A stretch of 63,852 bases of DNA, counting the filler, from Choristocarpus tenellus KU-1152 (lineage: Eukaryota > Protista > Phaeophyceae), in assembly GCA_964200185.2 (NCBI GenBank). It is 11 parts of 11 records of this genome, joined end to end, with 100 filler letters (N's around TTAATTAATTAA, not from the genome) between each part and the next. Parts side by side here need not be neighbours in the genome. Positions count along the whole stretch, not along the records: positions 54,994 to 59,825 come from CAXNAD020012893.1; positions 59,926 to 63,852 come from CAXNAD020017102.1; 9 more parts are not named here. One strand, 5' to 3'. Positions 58,487-63,852 of this stretch are shown one piece after another. The notes under the pieces were generated by a model. It was given only the letters and a program-made list of their open reading frames with translations, ran no database searches and had not been told where the DNA came from. Position 1 is the first letter of the stretch, and every line of letters begins with the position of its first letter. Both the position numbers and the translations under genes were made by a program.

Positions 58487-58671
58487 TACCCAAAGTATCT
58501 GGGGGTGAGTGGGGAGGGTCTACATCAGGGTGTCCGTTTGGGCCACAACCAGGAAAAATGCACTTACCTTATCCATCCGACGTATGCAAGCAATACACCC
58601 AAAAATCGCGATATGGAAAAAACTGTCCCCAAATGGACATCCGCCATCCCCCCTCCAAGATATTTTGAGCC
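58487..58671. mobile_element. MITE family B copy (partial copies at 1-21, 16047, 24377, 36932, 37060, 55030, 59748)
   Basis: CAAAGTATCTGGGGG ... CCAAGATATTTTGAGCC; interior aligns with 41588-41771. Confidence 0.85.
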
Positions 58672-59070
58672 TTACCATATTCATTATCGGCCTTGTATGC
58701 TGCTCCTTTACCCTACGACAGCGATATCTGCAAAGACTGTCGGTGGTCATGCTAAAATCATCATAGCATTTATTTCAGAATAAGTGAAGTTTTTGTTGTG
58801 GATAGGTGTGACAATACGAAGACATCACCACTTCCCCCTTCCCTCCTACCCGCAGTCCAACCATTTGCTAAACATTGTTGAGTGGAGATGACTAGGACCA
58901 GAGAACATAATGCGTGTTTTTTGTTTTTGACTGTCCCGTGATTTCTTCAAAATCATTACGTAGTATCGACTGCTATGTAAGAATTTGTCTTTATTGGTCA
59001 CTTTAATACCAGGTTGTCCTCACAATGAATAATATATGAATTATAATTTTTAACAAATATACAGCAGCTT

Positions 59071-59142
59071 GCGCTGATAGCTCAGTGGTAGAGCAGTAGA
59101 TTGCAGCTCTACGGGTCCTTGGTTCGATCCCGAGTCGGCGCT
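59071..59142 (+). tRNA. tRNA-Cys(GCA)
   Basis: Full cloverleaf: acceptor GCGCTGA/TCGGCGC, D arm GCTC/GAGC, anticodon stem GTAGA/TCTAC with GCA, GGTTCGATCC, U discriminator, downstream TTTT. Confidence 0.96.
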
Positions 59143-60273
59143 CACTTTTGTCTCCTTAAAATAGACCGTCGTATTTGCTTCGTTTGTGAATCAACCTGGT
59201 CAGGTATCGCAGGATTTTGTTATTGTGTTTCTAGCTACGTATGATGCACCTCACTATTCCATTTTTTCTTTGGCCACGACTTGGCTTCCTAATAGGAAGG
59301 GAGTGATGAATGCACACCTGCTAATGCAGCAGATAATGTCCATAACACGACCCAAAGTGACTTCAAGATCTGTCATGCGCGAGGGACCTTACGCAGGAAT
59401 TGTATGGACATCATGCCTTCCCCTTCCCCCACCCCCTGTCTCATCTTGAGGAAGTACTTGTACAGTGCCAAAGATCGCTCTGTAGTATTACGAATACAGT
59501 GCTGTAGCACTACAAACGACAATACAGTGCATATGTTCCCTGCGTAAAGTCCCTTGTGATCAATGCAAACTTGAGCCAACCATGTGGTGGAGAGCAATCT
59601 CAACGGGCTCTGCACAGTAAAATATGCCACGCGACGGCGATCTACTACTTGCAGCACCCTTATTATCTTATATACTGTACACCCTCTCCCTCCCCCCCCC
59701 CACAAGCCGCTAGAGAAGGAACTTGAAGGCATGGTGTCCAGGAAACAGGCTCGAAATATCTAGGGGAGGGTAGCGGCTGTCCATTTGGGGCCATATTTTT
59801 TATGTCGCGATTTTTGGGTGATTTTNNNNNNNNNNNNNNNNNNNNNNNNNNNNNNNNNNNNNNNNNNNNTTAATTAATTAANNNNNNNNNNNNNNNNNNN
59901 NNNNNNNNNNNNNNNNNNNNNNNNNGGGGGGGGGGGGGGGGGGGGGGGTCAAATAGCCTCCGCTATCAGGTATTGAGCCACTGATATGATCACAAAACGA
60001 TTCTTTGTGAAATATCACTTGAGAGATCCATACAAATGTATGCAACGAATCTATTCATTCTAGAAGCCTGCAGCATGCCAATAAAATTGGCAAGAACCTG
60101 GGGTCAGAAGGGAGTGTAACACAGCAAAGGTGATGAGGAAGTCGCACAGGATACAGGTCATATCATTAACTCCACAAATGGCCATTGGTATGATGCAGCT
60201 TCAAAGCAATTTTCATACTCATAGGGTAGGCACAAAGGTGATAAGGGAGGTAACTGAGTGTGAGTATGCTAAC

Positions 60274-61526
60274 CTGAGCCTTGGCTTCTCCCCGGCCAGC
60301 TTGAGTTCTTCCAAGACTTCCTTGGCTTTGTCTACACGGCCATTCAAACAGCAGGCCCGGATCACTCCAGTGAAAACAGATTCTGGCAGGCGCAAGCCTT
60401 CCTCATTTGAAGCATCAGCAAAGATCTATCATCAGGATGAAGTTCATGGGGAGGGAAAGTTAAGGGAAGGGCTAGAAATCACTGGATAGACTCATGAAGA
60501 ATGACATCTATGCACGAACACTTCATGTGCAACCATCAACGATTCAATGGAGTGATGGTTGGCAATCATTTATGTATAATTGATATGGACAAAAAGGGAA
60601 ACCAAGAAGTTTGCAGTTAGAGCTATGAATGGGTTTAACTTCTGATTGAAGCATAGAGTTGGATGTGACTGGGAATGCAGGGAGTACTTGCATAGGTGGC
60701 AACCACCAACAACTCACAAGCTCTAGCAGCAGCACCCACTTTACCATCAAGAATAAAACGTCCTTTTACGCCACAATTGCATCCTATCTCCACCTTGAGA
60801 GAAGCATCTGCTGCCGCGCGAACATGACGTTGTGCTGAACCCTGGACTATTTCTGCTGTTTCTGGGACAGCAACTACCCCATTGTCCTTGGAAGTAGTGA
60901 CAGCGGCTGCAGCCGCGTTGAAGCCGTTTCCAGGGTCGAGACTGTCCTTATCACCAGGAGATCCCCCACATACAGCGAGGATCACCTGGTAGGCCTGGTA
61001 TGACCAACGGGACGGGGGTTTTGGGGTAAGGCCTTTCCCTTAAGTTTGGGCAGGAGTGGCAGAGCACACCAATGTGCACACGATATTGCTATCAGAAGAG
61101 TATGATTCAAGATCCAATTGGGATTATCATCAACAATACAACGGCAAAGGATCCAACTGCGAGGATGTGCGAGTACCATTACTGACTTACAAATAGGTCC
61201 CTTTTGATGCCCTTAGCCTTCATCTCATCGAATACCTCTAAGGCTGGGACCATGTCATTGGCCTTACACAACAAAGTCAGTTGCTGCTTGTAAGCAATCG
61301 CGGTCAAGGACTCTGGGGAATGCTTGCGACGCTTCCGCTTGCTCATGCCCTTAAGGGTCACACTTGTGCCGCACACTGTAAACACAGGCCATCCGTCATC
61401 ATCTTCAGTGCCCTGTATCACCCCTGCTCCACCTTTTACCCCATTTTCTCCTTCTGAATCTCTGTCTTTCAATTTTCCGAGATCGGGATGACTTGCCTCA
61501 TCTTCTCGCTTACGTTTCAGATCCAT
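60274..61526 (-). CDS. PRORP: PPR protein, PRORP (protein-only RNase P)-like, exons 61191-61526, 60794-60985, 60274-60425
   Basis: PPR motifs LTLLCKANDMVPALEVFDEMKAKGIK and ESVFTGVIRACC..AKEVLEELKLAGEKPRLR (PRLR is typical of PRORP); NYN domain not in this contig. Confidence 0.7.
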
Positions 61527-61702
61527 TGCAGCTGTTTCTGGACGCAGAAACTGGTTCAAGAGGTTCAGAGGTAGGTGATAGGGTTTTTGAAGAATAGGGG
61601 TTTATATCCCATGGAAGGCCTTCTACATGTGTTGTGACGGACCTAACTTGGTCATCACTTGAAGTGTGGAGGTGGAATCAGTCCATCACCCTCTTCGTTC
61701 CC

Positions 61703-63196
61703 ATGTTTTCTCCCAAGTTCCTCGTTGCTGGTTTCTCAACCTTGCTATGTGCGGTCTGCGGTCATGCTTTCGTGACGCCGATGACCTTTAGGTCCACCGT
61801 ACCGTCAGCACCAGTGACAAATCTTCCTGGCGCCTCCAGTACCAGCACTTCCACACTTGCCGGACTCTCACTGACGTCTTCGAGCGCGGTGCGTCCCACG
61901 GCTACAAGGGTACAGGCTCAGGGGAGGAATGCTCAACTCTCTATGTCCACCATCAACGTTGGGGTTATCGGAGCTGGGAGGTAAATCAATTGCCCGCCGT
62001 CCCGTATGATGTCATACTGAAGATGTGGAATTACTGCGCCTAGGCTAATGGCGCTAATCATATTTTAAGTAAGGAACATCGTTGTACTGCTAATATTTTG
62101 TTGATCGCTGAATTATGTGTGAATCGGAAGGGGTGTACTGGATTGTGGGTTGAAGTCGTTGGTTACCGAGTCGAGTACGTACTGAAGTCGACAGTTGATG
62201 CATCCTTTACTTATTTGACATTGCCAAGATGGATAAAGATGAACAAAACAAAAATATTATGCCCTTAGCTTTGTGTGAGCCGCACAAAACTGCATGACCT
62301 GTAGAACCAATGAATCTTTATGTAACTTATCCTGATCGTTTCTCTTGGACAGGATCGGACTCGTTCACCTGGAAGCTCTCTCTAGCTGTGCCAATGCAAA
62401 GCCACTCATCATAAGCAACCCTACCGTGGAGAAGGCAAAGGTAGGTTGCGTGTTTAATTGCAGCTATTGTGCTGTAAATTGAAATTTGAAGCACTAGGAG
62501 CTCTAGTAATAGATTCGTTCATGTTCTGTGAAATCGGAGCATTGGAACTTCACTTACATAGATGTCGATTTTTTCGCTCTCGCCCGCGTTAGCTTTGACA
62601 GATGAATCGCAGGCTTTGCTAAAGTGATCTACGTCAAGTAGTACAGATTTTGGATAGACACCACCAGCGCAAGCAACGCAACGGCAACCGTAATCATTTT
62701 TCGCTTTTTAGCCCGAATCCTGCTAAATCTTTAAAGCGGCGCCTCAGCAAAGGGAGTTACCTTGTGACTTCCTCTTCTGTTGATAGAGACAGCCAAGATG
62801 GTGGGACTCGGAGTGTCTAAAACTTTCACCCTGGACACTACTGAAGATTGTCATATCACAACAAGAGAGTCAGCCAGGTTTGTCCGGATTGGCTAGCTCC
62901 CTCGAATCCAACTTATCTATACCCTCACCGTATGCTGCTCCAATCCCTCTATTCGTTGGATGTTCCCCCTTTGCAGCCTCCTGTCACCAATTCAATGCTT
63001 CTTTCATCAACATAGTCATGCATGAAGATTGTGTGCATCCTGTCTTGTCCCTCTGTTCATGATATCTGTCGACACGCAGCAAGCGGCCCTGAAGTTCAAC
63101 GTTCCTGAGTGGTCTGGAAACGCTGACGATGTAATCAACCACCCTGATGTAGATGCTGTGTGGATCTGCTCCCCATCTCAGTTCCATGCTGATCAG
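61703..63196 (+). CDS. Myo-inositol 2-dehydrogenase (Gfo/Idh/MocA) with plastid presequence, exons 61703-61980, 62353-62440, 63080-63196
   Basis: INVGVIGAGR|IGLVHLEAL...SNPTVEKAK|QAALKFNVP...VDAVWICSPSQFHADQ; signal peptide ending GHA-FVTP plus Ser/Thr-rich transit peptide. Confidence 0.88.
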
Positions 63197-63852
63197 GTTA
63201 GCTAACTTGTGGGGGAGGAAACGATTTTCAGAAGTAGTGTGGGTTAAGGAAGCTAGGATGAGAGAAGTACACAGTGCTAAGACAAGGATTGTGCATGGGC
63301 ATGCATGTGTGCATGATAGTCTGTGGGTACTCGAGTTATACTTTACAATTGGACCCAACCCAACAGTACATTGTTCTGTCGTGTGCTTCTAATCAATGAC
63401 GAGATACATCCCCAACGCGTGCGATCGCAAGAATATATTTTTTGTTTTTTAAAATTTAAAATTTGGATTTTTATTGCTATTTATCCGTAGCTGTAGCAGT
63501 AACATTCGTGTCCCTGTTCACCGGGTGTAGGAATGAATGATAAATGTTGTAAGGGCTGGTGGGAACTAAGTCACACCATAACAGCACTTCTCGAGTGCAT
63601 ATGGAATGAAAATGTGTCCATCCGGGCACAAAATCAACAGATCTTTTTGTTTTCATTGCTGACAAGGTGGAAATCTTACCTTCTGTGCGATATTGTAGCA
63701 GGGAGGTATAGGATGTGGCACTCTTACTCGGGAGACATGTCTAGTGTAAGATTTTCAAACTGCCATTTTGACCTTCCCTCCATCTCCCCTGTGCTGCCAA
63801 TATGCCCCCCCCCCCCCTTAATACGGCCCATACGACCCCTATGTGATGAACC

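Noticed and set aside
62786-62877. AG/GT-bounded segment within the inositol dehydrogenase intron
   Set aside because: Exon 2 joins 63080 directly with family-typical sequence; inclusion would shift the frame

Overview
Eukaryotic nuclear DNA made of 11 contigs joined by artificial 100-bp spacers (N44-TTAATTAATTAA-N44), so adjacency across spacers is unproven. Long GT-AG introns, TTAGGG motifs and an ASAFAP-type bipartite plastid presequence point to an ochrophyte, probably a brown alga or close relative (inference). Recognisable host genes, all partial: 26S proteasome ATPase RPT6 head-to-head with an RFWD3-like RING ligase; a PRORP-like PPR protein head-to-head with a plastid-targeted myo-inositol dehydrogenase; a CSDE1/UNR-like cold-shock protein; a Cys-rich, possibly JmjC-associated C-terminus; tRNA-Cys(GCA); several orphan exons. 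The rest is dense transposon debris: two plant-type mariner transposase relics, a Stowaway-like MITE, Copia and Gypsy relics, and an RLE (CRE-like) non-LTR retrotransposon interrupted by a solo LTR and nested MITEs. At least 20 whole or partial copies of related ~180-270-bp MITEs share a CAAAGTA-like TIR core. The best candidate for novelty is MITE family A: GAG...CTC ends, 4-bp TSDs, and GT/AG positions in its TIRs that would leave an in-frame scar if spliced (introner-like). Strong CpG depletion with CpG-rich patches at divergent promoters suggests CG methylation. No prokaryotic-type system (CRISPR etc.) is present.
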